Shown piece by piece: positions 7,688-15,905 of a DNA stretch of 25,991 nt (the stretch's first letter is position 1; the number at the start of each line of letters is the position of its first letter). Below the pieces are notes generated by a model, which was given only the letters and a program-made list of their open reading frames with translations, searched no databases and was not told the DNA's origin. The position numbers and the translations under genes were made by a program. The stretch comes from a virus (taxonomy: Duplodnaviria > Caudoviricetes), in the IMG/VR virus record IMGVR_UViG_3300017978_000322, positions 1 to 25,991 of that record; one strand, written 5' to 3'.

Positions 7688-8146
7688 TTACTTTGAACCA
7701 GAACCAAAACCACCACCGCGACTGGTCGTTGACTTGCGGTCAGCGAAAAGCGGCATGCGGGGGTCATTGTTTCGCATGAAACTGTTATCCACAGACTCCA
7801 TCTGGGCTTGCGCTTGTTTGGCGTAATACTCGTCACGGGCTTGTGCGCGTTCACGTGGCATCTTGCAGAGCATGAGGCCGCCGAGTTCGACGTTACCAGT
7901 CTTCGCATTACCCTCAAGCATAAGCTCGGGATGGTCCACTGCTTTTACCGGCTCCCAACCTTCACGCATCTTGGTAGACACGTTCGTGTTTTGGGCTTCG
8001 CCAAGCACGTGGGTCGCAATCCAGCGATACACGTATCCGGGCTCAGGTGTCGGATCAGGCAGTGCGCTCGGAGGTGTATACACGTACCGAGTAGTTTTTT
8101 CGCGTGACTCAAGGGCACGAGGGTTCCGGTTAATTGTTTCAGCCAT
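7688..8146 (-). CDS. Conserved head-module protein of unknown function
   Basis: 152 aa, PGYVYRWI, REGWEPV, GGLMLCKMP. Lies between the scaffold and cement genes. Confidence 0.7.
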   Translation of the reverse strand: MAETINRNPRALESREKTTRYVYTPPSALPDPTPEPGYVYRWIATHVLGEAQNTNVSTKMREGWEPVKAVDHPELMLEGNAKTGNVELGGLMLCKMPRERAQARDEYYAKQAQAQMESVDNSFMRNNDPRMPLFADRKSTTSRGGGFGSGSK

Positions 8147-9089
8147 TCGATTTCTCCAGTTTTGCTACTTCAGCAGCGTATTGCTGCGGGGTCAGTCCGT
8201 ACTTTTTTGCCAACGCAGCTTGCGTAGGTGTTAGCTGAACTTTTCGGGCTCCAGTCGAACGGGTCGCCGGTGCCACGACAGAAGCAGGTCGTCGGGAGCC
8301 ATCGCCGGATTTTGTCGGCCGGTCTTCATTTCCGAACACGTCCGGGAATGTTGACTTCATGCGAGCGTCGATTCGCTCGAAGTATTCGTCAGAGCGGGGA
8401 TCAAGCCCCGAGTTCACTAGCTTTTGGTGCAGCCCTAGTGCAAAGCTGGTGTGTTCCTCAAAACCCGACGCCCCAAACCACTGGTTTCTTGCCTGCCAGC
8501 GCAGTGTCTTTTCATCGACTTGGGGAGCCGTGTCCTGCTGTTGACGCATTTGTACAACAGGTTCATCCACTTGTAAAGCAGTTGGACGGAAATTTTTTGC
8601 TGCCTCTGCTTTCATCTTGGCGTCCATCAACGCTTCCTGAGCAGAGATGATCGCCTCAGTGTCAAAAGACTCGTTGGCTTCTTTCAAAGCACGCTTGGCC
8701 TTTTCGACTTCGGAGTCAGCGATTTGTTTGACGGAAGCCGCGTACTGCTCAGTGCCCGTGTTCACGGTCTGCTTCAGACGGCGGTTCTCCTCCATCATGT
8801 GCTGTGCAAGACGCTCCAGCTCTTGTTTCTCACGCAGCAGCGACTCTTTGGCCCGACGCTCGTCATGACGGGCATGGGTCAAGTCCTTGATGCGCTTTTT
8901 GACGTTGTCGGAGTAACTCTCGATTTCTTCGTCGGTCGGATCAGCCACTTCACGGTCCAGCGGCTTGCGGCCCCTGTCACGCTCGGGCGTGTCGTCAACG
9001 ATTTCGACTTCGACGTCGGCCTCGTTGTCGGTTGTCACCTCAACGGTGGTCTCCTCGACTTCGTCGGGGAACTTGTATGACTCAGCCAT
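8139..9089 (-). CDS. Capsid scaffolding protein
   Basis: Start re-set to ATG 9089 (SD AAGGAG). Acidic N-terminus, long coiled coil, and C-terminal LTPTQAALAKKYGLTPQQYA helix pair. Position between portal and MCP. Confidence 0.7.
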   Translation of the reverse strand: MAESYKFPDEVEETTVEVTTDNEADVEVEIVDDTPERDRGRKPLDREVADPTDEEIESYSDNVKKRIKDLTHARHDERRAKESLLREKQELERLAQHMMEENRRLKQTVNTGTEQYAASVKQIADSEVEKAKRALKEANESFDTEAIISAQEALMDAKMKAEAAKNFRPTALQVDEPVVQMRQQQDTAPQVDEKTLRWQARNQWFGASGFEEHTSFALGLHQKLVNSGLDPRSDEYFERIDARMKSTFPDVFGNEDRPTKSGDGSRRPASVVAPATRSTGARKVQLTPTQAALAKKYGLTPQQYAAEVAKLEKSNG

Positions 9090-9099
9090 TTTTACTCCT

Positions 9100-9534
9100 T
9101 CATGCGCGGGTATAACCGCGAGGGTCTTGCACAACACACTCAATCTGGTCGTCGTTCAGAATCCTGAACTCTTTACCAAACACCTTGAATCGCGTACCGG
9201 TATAGGTACGCACGAGCACAAAGTCACCTTCTTTACACCACGCTCCCGATGGGAACTTGGCCGTGTCTTTGTACGCGTCTGGACCAACCCGCAGCACAAA
9301 CAACACGGTTGTGGCGTGTTCTTCAGCTCGCAAGGTTGCAGCATCTCGAACGAGGTCGAGGGTCGTACCGGCGATCTTTTCATCGACGTTGGGCACAACA
9401 CACAGCAGCTTGTATCCCGTAGGGACCGGCAGCGCCGATGCTTTGGTTTCGTTATCCGCCGTCTCGTCTGGGGCGTCGATGGGCTGGATATGCTTTGGCA
9501 GGCTGATGCCCGGAGGCAGAATGATTTCACTCAT
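9100..9534 (-). CDS. groES: GroES/Cpn10-like co-chaperonin
   Basis: PTGYKLL, VLRVGPDAY, CKEGDFVL, YTGTRFKVFGKEFRILNDDQIECVV match the Cpn10 pattern. Confidence 0.85.
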   Translation of the reverse strand: MSEIILPPGISLPKHIQPIDAPDETADNETKASALPVPTGYKLLCVVPNVDEKIAGTTLDLVRDAATLRAEEHATTVLFVLRVGPDAYKDTAKFPSGAWCKEGDFVLVRTYTGTRFKVFGKEFRILNDDQIECVVQDPRGYTRA

Positions 9535-9721
9535 CTGATTGCTCTACTTTCTCTGCAAGGTCGATTAAATAACGCTCTGCGATCGCCAGACCTTGAATGA
9601 GGCCGCAGAGTTTTTGGTACTCGTCAAACGAGCGGCATGCACCACCAGCCAAGTCATCGGCGTAGTTGTTCATGTCGGTGCGTAATTTCTCGCGCAATAC
9701 GCGTGCGAAGTCTTGGATCAT
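9527..9721 (-). CDS. Small helical hypothetical protein
   Basis: 64 aa, coupled by overlaps to the portal and GroES genes. Contains EYQKLCGLIQGL. Confidence 0.7.
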   Translation of the reverse strand: MIQDFARVLREKLRTDMNNYADDLAGGACRSFDEYQKLCGLIQGLAIAERYLIDLAEKVEQSDE

Positions 9722-12213
9722 CTAGGTTGTGTACCCGGTTTGCCGCGTTGGGAGGCTGCGGCTATCGCCTGCTGACGCTCTTGCGCCTTGCTCTTTGCGA
9801 TGTCGATGCCCAACTCGACACCGGCACGTTCTTGGTCAAACTGAGCTTTGTTCTTGCTCTCGTTGATCTGTGCACCCACGCGCAGGGCTTCGAGCTCCAA
9901 CTGGCCAGAGACCTTTTGCTCTTCCAGCTCCTGCTTGTCGGCGGCGATGGCTGCGTCCACAAGGATTTTCTTCTCCTTGAGCTCGACCTCTTTGGCCCGC
10001 AGTTGCAGCTCTTGCTGTTGCATTTGCACAACAGGGTCTTGCGCTTGCTGCATGGCTTGCTGCTGCGCAGCCTTGGCCTGATCCTGCATGAGCACCTGCT
10101 GGGAGGCCTGCGCCATCATGGCCGACAGCGCGATCTCGACCTGCGGTGGCAGTTTCTCGTCCTCGGGCGGCAGGGGCATACCTAGCTGCTGCTCGATTTG
10201 CTGGCGCATCATGAACCCAACGTGCTCGGCCACGTGGGCTGTCAAAGCGGCTTGGATCATTGGGGCGCGGGGGTTTTGGCCGATCAACTGCGCAATGACC
10301 GGGTTCTGCATCATGGACATATGCACTTGGATATGCGCCTGATGGTCTTGGTGCAGGAACGCTTTGGCAGGCTCGCCCTTCAGGATGTGCTGGTTCTCCG
10401 TGACCGGGTCGGTCGGCTTCATGTCCTCCTCCAGCGGCACCAGCTTGTCGGCGTGCTTGATGCCCAGCACCTCCAGCATGCCCCGGTGCAACTGCGGCAG
10501 GTCATAAATGTCGGGAGCCATCTGGGCCATCTGGATGACGGCTTGGTACTGAACCACGCGCTGGCTGAGAGTTGCTGCATTGGGGTCCGACACTGGCAAA
10601 ATATCGACATGTCGGTAATCCGTCGCTTTGGCTCGGGGACCCTCTTCGCCGTCTGGCTCGTAGGTGTACTCGTCGTCCGTGTAGTCGCGGATGATGGCAG
10701 CCAGCAGTTGGAGCTCCTGCTTCAAGGCGTAGTGCACACGTGCCTGCACAGCCGTCATCACTTTGAGCTGGCGCTCCAGCAGAGCCAGCGTGGAGCCCAC
10801 AGGTGCATTCGCACCCATGTCTGACACTTTCATATCCGCAGTGGCTGCAAATCTGCGGCCCTCTTCCACCACGTTGCCCAGCAACGCCATCAGCACTTGG
10901 CTTGGCTCTTTGTAAGGCAGCGGTAAGATATTGTCGCGGATAGTGCCCGAGCCCACGTCTACGTCGCGGAACTCACCGGGTGCGATCGGCGTGTCGTCGC
11001 CCTTGATCCGCAGACCACGGGACTTCAAACCACCGGGCAGGTTGCTCAATGTACCGGCGTCAATTAATTGACGCATCAAGCTGGTGGCCGACTTGGCAAA
11101 CCCGCCGATCAGGTGGAACAGGCCGAAGCCATACGCACCGAAGCCGGGGATGTACTGGTAGTGCACGAAGTGCTGGCGCTTGAGTTTGAGCGGGTCGTCT
11201 TCGCGCCAGTTGCGGCGGATGGACAGCACGGTGTTTGTGCCACGGATGAATGTCACCACGTATGGCAGCGCGACGCCTGTCGGTTCACCGTCATCGTCCT
11301 TGTCTTCAAAGCCCTTGAGGTCCAAGTCCACGTGGCACTCGTACAGGGTGAAGCGCTCGTCGTTCAGGTCGCTGAAACCGGTCTCTTTGTCCTTGGCCTT
11401 GTTGATCTCACTGATCGCCTTGTCCGGCTCACCGATGTCCACGTCCAAGTAAAACCCGGCCTGCTGGAGCTTGATGATCTCGTTCTTGGTCTTGCGCATC
11501 TGGTGCGTGACGCGGTAGCAAGTCTGGATGTCGGAGGTGCCGTAGGGCAGCAAAATGTCCTCGGCCGGGATGAAGATCGACACCTGACGCCCCAAGCTGG
11601 GGTCAAAGTACACCTTCTTGAACGCCGAGCCTGTGGCCGGGAGGCTCCACAGCATGCGCTCGTGCTCAGGGCGGAACTCCTGCATTTTCTCCGTGAGCTG
11701 GAAGTTCATGTCTTCCTCCACCCGAGCCGCCGCTTCTTTCTTCTCTGGCGTCTCCTTGCCCACGATCTTTGTGCGCACAGGGCCTTTGGCCGGGAACGTC
11801 TCTGTGATGGTCTCTGACTGGAACCTGACAACCGCCTCAGTGATCATCGGGTGGAACACGCCCGACGCGCCGTTCCACGGCTCGGTGCGCTCCTCGATCT
11901 GCAAGCCCAGCAGTTTCAACCCTTCCGTGTAGGCCTTCTCCCAGTCCTTGCGGCTGTTGCGGTCGTTCTCAATGTCGCCTGCCAAGTCACCGGCCATGGT
12001 GGATATGGCACTGTCGGCCATGTACTCGGCCAAGTTGGCGTCGAAGTCATCGGCCGAAGGCTCGGCTTTCTCGATCTCAATCTCCAAGTCGCCCATGTCG
12101 ATGCGCACGGCCTCGGGGTCAACGATCTCAATCTCGATCGGCTCCATCTCTTCGGCTGCTGCCGCTATGCCCGTGGGCTGCTGAAACAGCGCCTTGTCGA
12201 TATTCGTGGCCAT
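9718..12213 (-). CDS. Portal protein (P22-like, long Gln-rich C-terminal coiled coil)
   Basis: 831 aa directly after TerL. SRKDWEK, GSAFKKVYFD, YGFGLFHLIG and a Q-rich C-terminal barrel-like coiled coil. Confidence 0.85.
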   Translation of the reverse strand: MATNIDKALFQQPTGIAAAAEEMEPIEIEIVDPEAVRIDMGDLEIEIEKAEPSADDFDANLAEYMADSAISTMAGDLAGDIENDRNSRKDWEKAYTEGLKLLGLQIEERTEPWNGASGVFHPMITEAVVRFQSETITETFPAKGPVRTKIVGKETPEKKEAAARVEEDMNFQLTEKMQEFRPEHERMLWSLPATGSAFKKVYFDPSLGRQVSIFIPAEDILLPYGTSDIQTCYRVTHQMRKTKNEIIKLQQAGFYLDVDIGEPDKAISEINKAKDKETGFSDLNDERFTLYECHVDLDLKGFEDKDDDGEPTGVALPYVVTFIRGTNTVLSIRRNWREDDPLKLKRQHFVHYQYIPGFGAYGFGLFHLIGGFAKSATSLMRQLIDAGTLSNLPGGLKSRGLRIKGDDTPIAPGEFRDVDVGSGTIRDNILPLPYKEPSQVLMALLGNVVEEGRRFAATADMKVSDMGANAPVGSTLALLERQLKVMTAVQARVHYALKQELQLLAAIIRDYTDDEYTYEPDGEEGPRAKATDYRHVDILPVSDPNAATLSQRVVQYQAVIQMAQMAPDIYDLPQLHRGMLEVLGIKHADKLVPLEEDMKPTDPVTENQHILKGEPAKAFLHQDHQAHIQVHMSMMQNPVIAQLIGQNPRAPMIQAALTAHVAEHVGFMMRQQIEQQLGMPLPPEDEKLPPQVEIALSAMMAQASQQVLMQDQAKAAQQQAMQQAQDPVVQMQQQELQLRAKEVELKEKKILVDAAIAADKQELEEQKVSGQLELEALRVGAQINESKNKAQFDQERAGVELGIDIAKSKAQERQQAIAAASQRGKPGTQPR

Positions 12214-12227
12214 GGTGTAACTCTTTC

Positions 12228-13760
12228 TTAATAGTACGCAGCCCGGCGGGCTTGGTAAAAGCGCTCTTCTTGCTCGTCGGTTTCAAGCGGAATGAACCCG
12301 CCCCGGCGGAAGCGTAACAGCGCCTGAGATGTGGTGTCAACGTAATCGTCGTTCTCCCCGTTCGGAAAGGACGCAACTTCCTCGATCACCTCGCGTGCCC
12401 ACCGAGTGTCCGGTGCCCAGACCGAGCCAGAGGCAAACAGGTCCGATACCGCGTTGAGCCGCACAATTTTATCGTTGCCCCGGCTGGGACTGAACTCCTC
12501 GACCGGGATGCCCGTGGCCCGAAGCTCTTGGATCAGGGGCGCACCAGCGGCTTTCTTTTCCACGATGAACGCGTCTGGCTCCCACTCTTTATAGTGCTTG
12601 AGCGCAATCACCTTGAGCTCCGGGAAGGCCATCCGGTCTTTGAACGCGTCCAGCAAGATGACCTGCGCCTGATCGCGCTCCTCCTCGTTGTAGAACACGC
12701 CCCACGTCGTGCAGGCGGAATAGTCGGCTGTGTTTGAGGTCTCAAACGCCGTGTCCCAGCTCTGGATCACATAGTCGCAGCGGGGTGGGTCGTCCCTCTC
12801 CCAGATGCGCCAAGACTTGCGCGAGATGATCGCCGCGCTGTTGCTGGTGGGCTGCTGCATGTACTGGGCGTTCCAGTACTGGGGGTCAATGCTGGCTTTT
12901 GTCGCCTTGAGCGTAGCCAGCGGCCACTGCTCTGGCCAGAGCGACTTCTCGTTCTCCGTGTCTTCGTGCAGGATGGCCGGAAGCTCCACAATCTCCCACG
13001 GCTCAGCGTCAGGGTTCTTGGCTTGGTAGTCAATCAGGCGTCCGGTCAGGTCCAGCTTGCCCCAGCGCGTCATCACGATGATGATCGCACCGCCCGGCAT
13101 CAGACGTTGGAGCGGGCCCGTCTGGAACCAAGACCACGCAGTGTCGAAAGCCAGCCGTGAGTTGGCCTTGACGTCCTGCTCCGAGTGAGGATCGTCAATA
13201 ACGAACAAATCAGCACCACGACCAGCAAGAGCGCCGCCGACACCAGCAGCATAGTACTGACCACCAGCACTTGTAGACCATTTACCGGCAGCTTTTTGAT
13301 CGTCGGCCACCAGTGTTTGTGGAAAAAGACCATGGTAGTCCTCGTCAGCCAGCAAATTTCGCACCCGGCGGCCGAAGTCTTCCGACAAACCAGCCGTGTG
13401 GGTGCCCATGATGATCTTCTTCTGGGGGAAGTTGCCCAAGAAGAACGCCGGGAACAGGTAAGAGCTGAACTCAGACTTACCCATACGCGGCGCGATGTTG
13501 ATGATCACGCGTTTTTTGGTCCCGGCAATCACTTCGGAGAAGATTTTGGCCAGCTTCCTGTGGTGCGGCCCGATTTTGAAGCCCGGATACACCGCCTTGG
13601 CAAACTCGATCATGTCCGATCGGGCCAGATTTTTCTGCTTGTGCTCTTGCGCCTTGTCCAGCAGCTCCAACGCCTCCAGCTTCTCGGCCGCTGACAGCTT
13701 GCCGAGGTTCTTGAACAGCGCAGCCGCTTGCTCAGGCGTCAGTGGTGGGTTGGTCGTCAT
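12228..13760 (-). CDS. terL: Terminase large subunit
   Basis: Walker A-like INIAPRMGKS, Walker B LFVIDD, coupling motif MTRW, RNase H-like IQSWDTA and DDYVD. Start is uncertain (13760 preferred; the track gives 13826). Confidence 0.93.
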   Translation of the reverse strand: MTTNPPLTPEQAAALFKNLGKLSAAEKLEALELLDKAQEHKQKNLARSDMIEFAKAVYPGFKIGPHHRKLAKIFSEVIAGTKKRVIINIAPRMGKSEFSSYLFPAFFLGNFPQKKIIMGTHTAGLSEDFGRRVRNLLADEDYHGLFPQTLVADDQKAAGKWSTSAGGQYYAAGVGGALAGRGADLFVIDDPHSEQDVKANSRLAFDTAWSWFQTGPLQRLMPGGAIIIVMTRWGKLDLTGRLIDYQAKNPDAEPWEIVELPAILHEDTENEKSLWPEQWPLATLKATKASIDPQYWNAQYMQQPTSNSAAIISRKSWRIWERDDPPRCDYVIQSWDTAFETSNTADYSACTTWGVFYNEEERDQAQVILLDAFKDRMAFPELKVIALKHYKEWEPDAFIVEKKAAGAPLIQELRATGIPVEEFSPSRGNDKIVRLNAVSDLFASGSVWAPDTRWAREVIEEVASFPNGENDDYVDTTSQALLRFRRGGFIPLETDEQEERFYQARRAAYY

Positions 13761-14352
13761 CGGTGACTGGCGTTGGTTTGACTTCGGTGATCTCTGTGAT
13801 GTCCGTGACGTCGGCGTCCGAGACATCCATGAACTTGGCCAGCTTCTCTTTGAGGCGCTGGTCGATCTCTGCTTCCGTCATGTCGGTCTTCTTGACCTCG
13901 ATCTTGTCGGTGAACAGCCCGACTTCCGTGACCTTGCCCAAAAGGCCCAGCGCTTTTAAGCGGATGTTGGCGTTGGGGCTTTCGCACTCTTCCAGCAGTT
14001 TGGCCACGGCGTACCCGCGCAGCTCCTTGGCTTGGTGCACAAACTCCCAGTCGTAGGCCGTCAGCATGCCGACCAGATGGCGCACAGCCGCAGGGGTCTC
14101 GATCTGGGAGACCAGCTCGTGTTGTTTTTGGATGGGGGAGGCGGTTGTCATGGCCGAGAAGGTTTCCCGCGCCTGCTTCTTTTCCAACTCAGAGACCGCT
14201 TTTTCGGCGTCTGGGGCTCCCATTTCCTTGAGCCAGTCATTGGTGCTGATCTTGCCGTTGAGAACTTCAACGGGAGACACCTTCTCCGCAGGAGACGGCG
14301 CTTGTGACTTTGGCAAAACTTCGGGGTCGAAGTCAAGGAGGTGATCTAACAT
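13732..14352 (-). CDS. Putative terminase small subunit
   Basis: Immediately upstream of and overlapping TerL. RLKALGLLGKVTEVGLFTDKIEV resembles a TerS C-terminus. Start re-set to MLDHLLDF (ATG 14352, AGGA upstream). Confidence 0.6.
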   Translation of the reverse strand: MLDHLLDFDPEVLPKSQAPSPAEKVSPVEVLNGKISTNDWLKEMGAPDAEKAVSELEKKQARETFSAMTTASPIQKQHELVSQIETPAAVRHLVGMLTAYDWEFVHQAKELRGYAVAKLLEECESPNANIRLKALGLLGKVTEVGLFTDKIEVKKTDMTEAEIDQRLKEKLAKFMDVSDADVTDITEITEVKPTPVTDDDQPTTDA

Positions 14353-14374
14353 TTGGTCCTGACGGAGTTGCGGG

Positions 14375-14423
14375 TTGCTGTCCCGATGAGCGGAGTATAT
14401 ACTCACATCCGGCATTGGCGCAA
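14375..14423. promoter_or_regulatory. Bidirectional sigma70-type promoter
   Basis: Plus: TTGCTG(14375-80)-17bp-TATACT(14398-403). Minus: TTGCGC(14423-18)-18bp-TATACT(14399-94). Both -10 boxes lie in the perfect palindrome GAGTATATACTC (14393-14404). Confidence 0.6.
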
Positions 14424-14496
14424 CCTGTTGTTCCTTTGCTTTCTCCTTGGGTCAAGGGACCCATTTGAGCCCCGGCCAAAAACCGGGGCTTTTTTT
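14410..14496 (+). ncRNA. Candidate trans-acting anti-RBS small RNA (~87 nt)
   Basis: Promoter upstream, intrinsic terminator downstream, no credible ORF. Core 14435-14452 is the exact reverse complement of the RBS at 20887-20904 and matches many other right-arm RBSs. Confidence 0.65.
14468..14496 (+). terminator. Rho-independent terminator
   Basis: AGCCCCGG-CCAAAAA-CCGGGGCT followed by T6. Plus-strand orientation, with no plus-strand CDS upstream. Confidence 0.85.
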
Positions 14497-14797
14497 CGCC
14501 CTGATTTTTTCAAAATTTTTTAAAAATTTTTTGGTGGGGGTGTGTTTTTATACAGGGGGGTGGTCTCTGGATTTTGGGTTTGCTGTTGAGTTGTCTAGGT
14601 TTTTACAAATTGCTGGGAGCGGGTGGGGAATAGTGTTCTATCGGGCCAGTGCCTCCGTTCAGTACAGGGCTTGGTGGGGGTAGGGTGGGGTTTCGCCATA
14701 TCGGTTTGACCTTCTCCCAGACCCCCGAATGTTTTACTGGAAGTGTTGATGCGAGGCACAACGCCCAGCCAACAGCTCTACATCAGGAGAAACACCC

Positions 14798-15229
14798 ATG
14801 AGCAAGTCAGTTCGCACCAACGCCGTATCTATCGGCAAGAAAGACGCACAGTCTGAAGCACTCGCCATCGCCATCCGCAAGGCCTACGCCAAAGCCAAGC
14901 CTGAAGCACAGGCGGAGTTAGCCAGAGAGTTCAAGATTGGCTACATCTCCGGCAGAGAGAAAGTCTCTCTGGCCGTGGCCACGCAAATCTTTGATGCGGG
15001 CAAGGGCGTCAACGCCATTGACGTGGGCGCTATTGACCGGGCAACGAGTGGCTTCAACTACCACATCGTGAGCAAGCTGGAGACCAAGCCCACGCCAGCG
15101 CCTGCAAAGCATATGCGTGTCAGCAAGCAAGCCCGAGCAATGGCGATGGACTTCCTTGGCAACTTCGAGGGCGAGAACTTGCAAGAGCAAATCAAGCAAG
15201 CCGTTGCTCTACTCAATGCACTTAAGTAA
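14798..15229 (+). CDS. Hypothetical early protein
   Basis: 143 aa, SD AGGAGAAA. First gene of the plus-strand arm. Confidence 0.75.
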   Translation: MSKSVRTNAVSIGKKDAQSEALAIAIRKAYAKAKPEAQAELAREFKIGYISGREKVSLAVATQIFDAGKGVNAIDVGAIDRATSGFNYHIVSKLETKPTPAPAKHMRVSKQARAMAMDFLGNFEGENLQEQIKQAVALLNALK

Positions 15230-15330
15230 TCAGAGAGACTTTCTCTCTCGAATTCAGCGGGCGAGGCTGGCCCGCTGTTCCTTCCCGTGTCTAACCACGT
15301 CTTGCCAGCGTGTCTTTTGGAGAAACTTCC

Positions 15331-15555
15331 ATGCGTAACCACAAGCAACCCCACATCGAGACCTTGACCCAATGGCGTGACCAAGCTGGCGCACTCTGGT
15401 GCGCTCAGACCTACTACCCCAACGGCAAGCGTGACCCCTACACCATCCACATCGTGAGCATGGTCGGCACCACCATCAGCATCCCTTGCGCCTCCGTCTC
15501 CCAGCTATGGCACGAGGTCAGCATCCGCCAGCAACAAGCGTTGCCCGGCTTCTGA
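15331..15555 (+). CDS. Hypothetical protein
   Basis: ATG 15331 with SD GGAGAAA; 74 aa. Confidence 0.65.
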   Translation: MRNHKQPHIETLTQWRDQAGALWCAQTYYPNGKRDPYTIHIVSMVGTTISIPCASVSQLWHEVSIRQQQALPGF

Positions 15556-15582
15556 GAGAGAATTTCTCTCCAAAAACACTGT

Positions 15583-15867
15583 CCCTGATTAAAAAATTTG
15601 GACGGCATCGCGGACGGCGTACAACCCGCATGGATGCTAGCGTTCAAACAAAACTGTCCATACTATCTATCTATTTAATAAACTATATAGATAAGGAAGA
15701 ACATCTATAAAAGCGTTCAGCTTTTCCTTCTTGGAAACTTTGCTTTTGAAGTTGACTGGTTATATGGTTTGGAAAACCGATAGTTAGTCTGGACACTTTC
15801 TGCCGAAACCACGTATTCACGGGGCCTGCGATCCGTCCAAGACCCTGTCCAATTTTTTTGATCTGGG
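15583..15867. other. Non-coding nested inverted repeats around an AT-rich core; candidate replication origin
   Basis: IR 15583-603/15847-867 (18/21), IR 15655-671/15779-795 (15/17) and TTGGACGG/CCGTCCAA. Recurring GTCC/GGAC units. Confidence 0.5.
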
Positions 15868-15905
15868 TTACAATGAAGCCTCCTCAACACTAAAGGACTT
15901 TAATC

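Noticed and set aside
12228-13760. Intein or intron in terL, portal or capsid genes
   Set aside because: The reading frames are continuous and of normal length, with no intein splice motifs seen.
14415-14452. Reading CCAAGGAGAAAG on the minus strand as the RBS of terS (track start 14415)
   Set aside because: The SD would be about 27 nt from that ATG, and no start codon lies at a normal 5-12 nt spacing. The flanking terminator is oriented for the plus strand. ATG 14352 is the better terS start.
14447-14683. 78-aa plus-strand ORF
   Set aside because: TTG start without an SD, runs through the terminator and low-complexity tracts; non-coding interpretation preferred.
14706-14738. Sigma70 promoter TTGACC...TTTACT for the first early gene
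   Set aside because: The 21-bp spacing is too long; it could be an extended -10 promoter, but support is insufficient.
15486-15710. 74-aa ORF across the origin-like region
   Set aside because: No SD, overlaps a better ORF, and ends in AT-rich repeat DNA.
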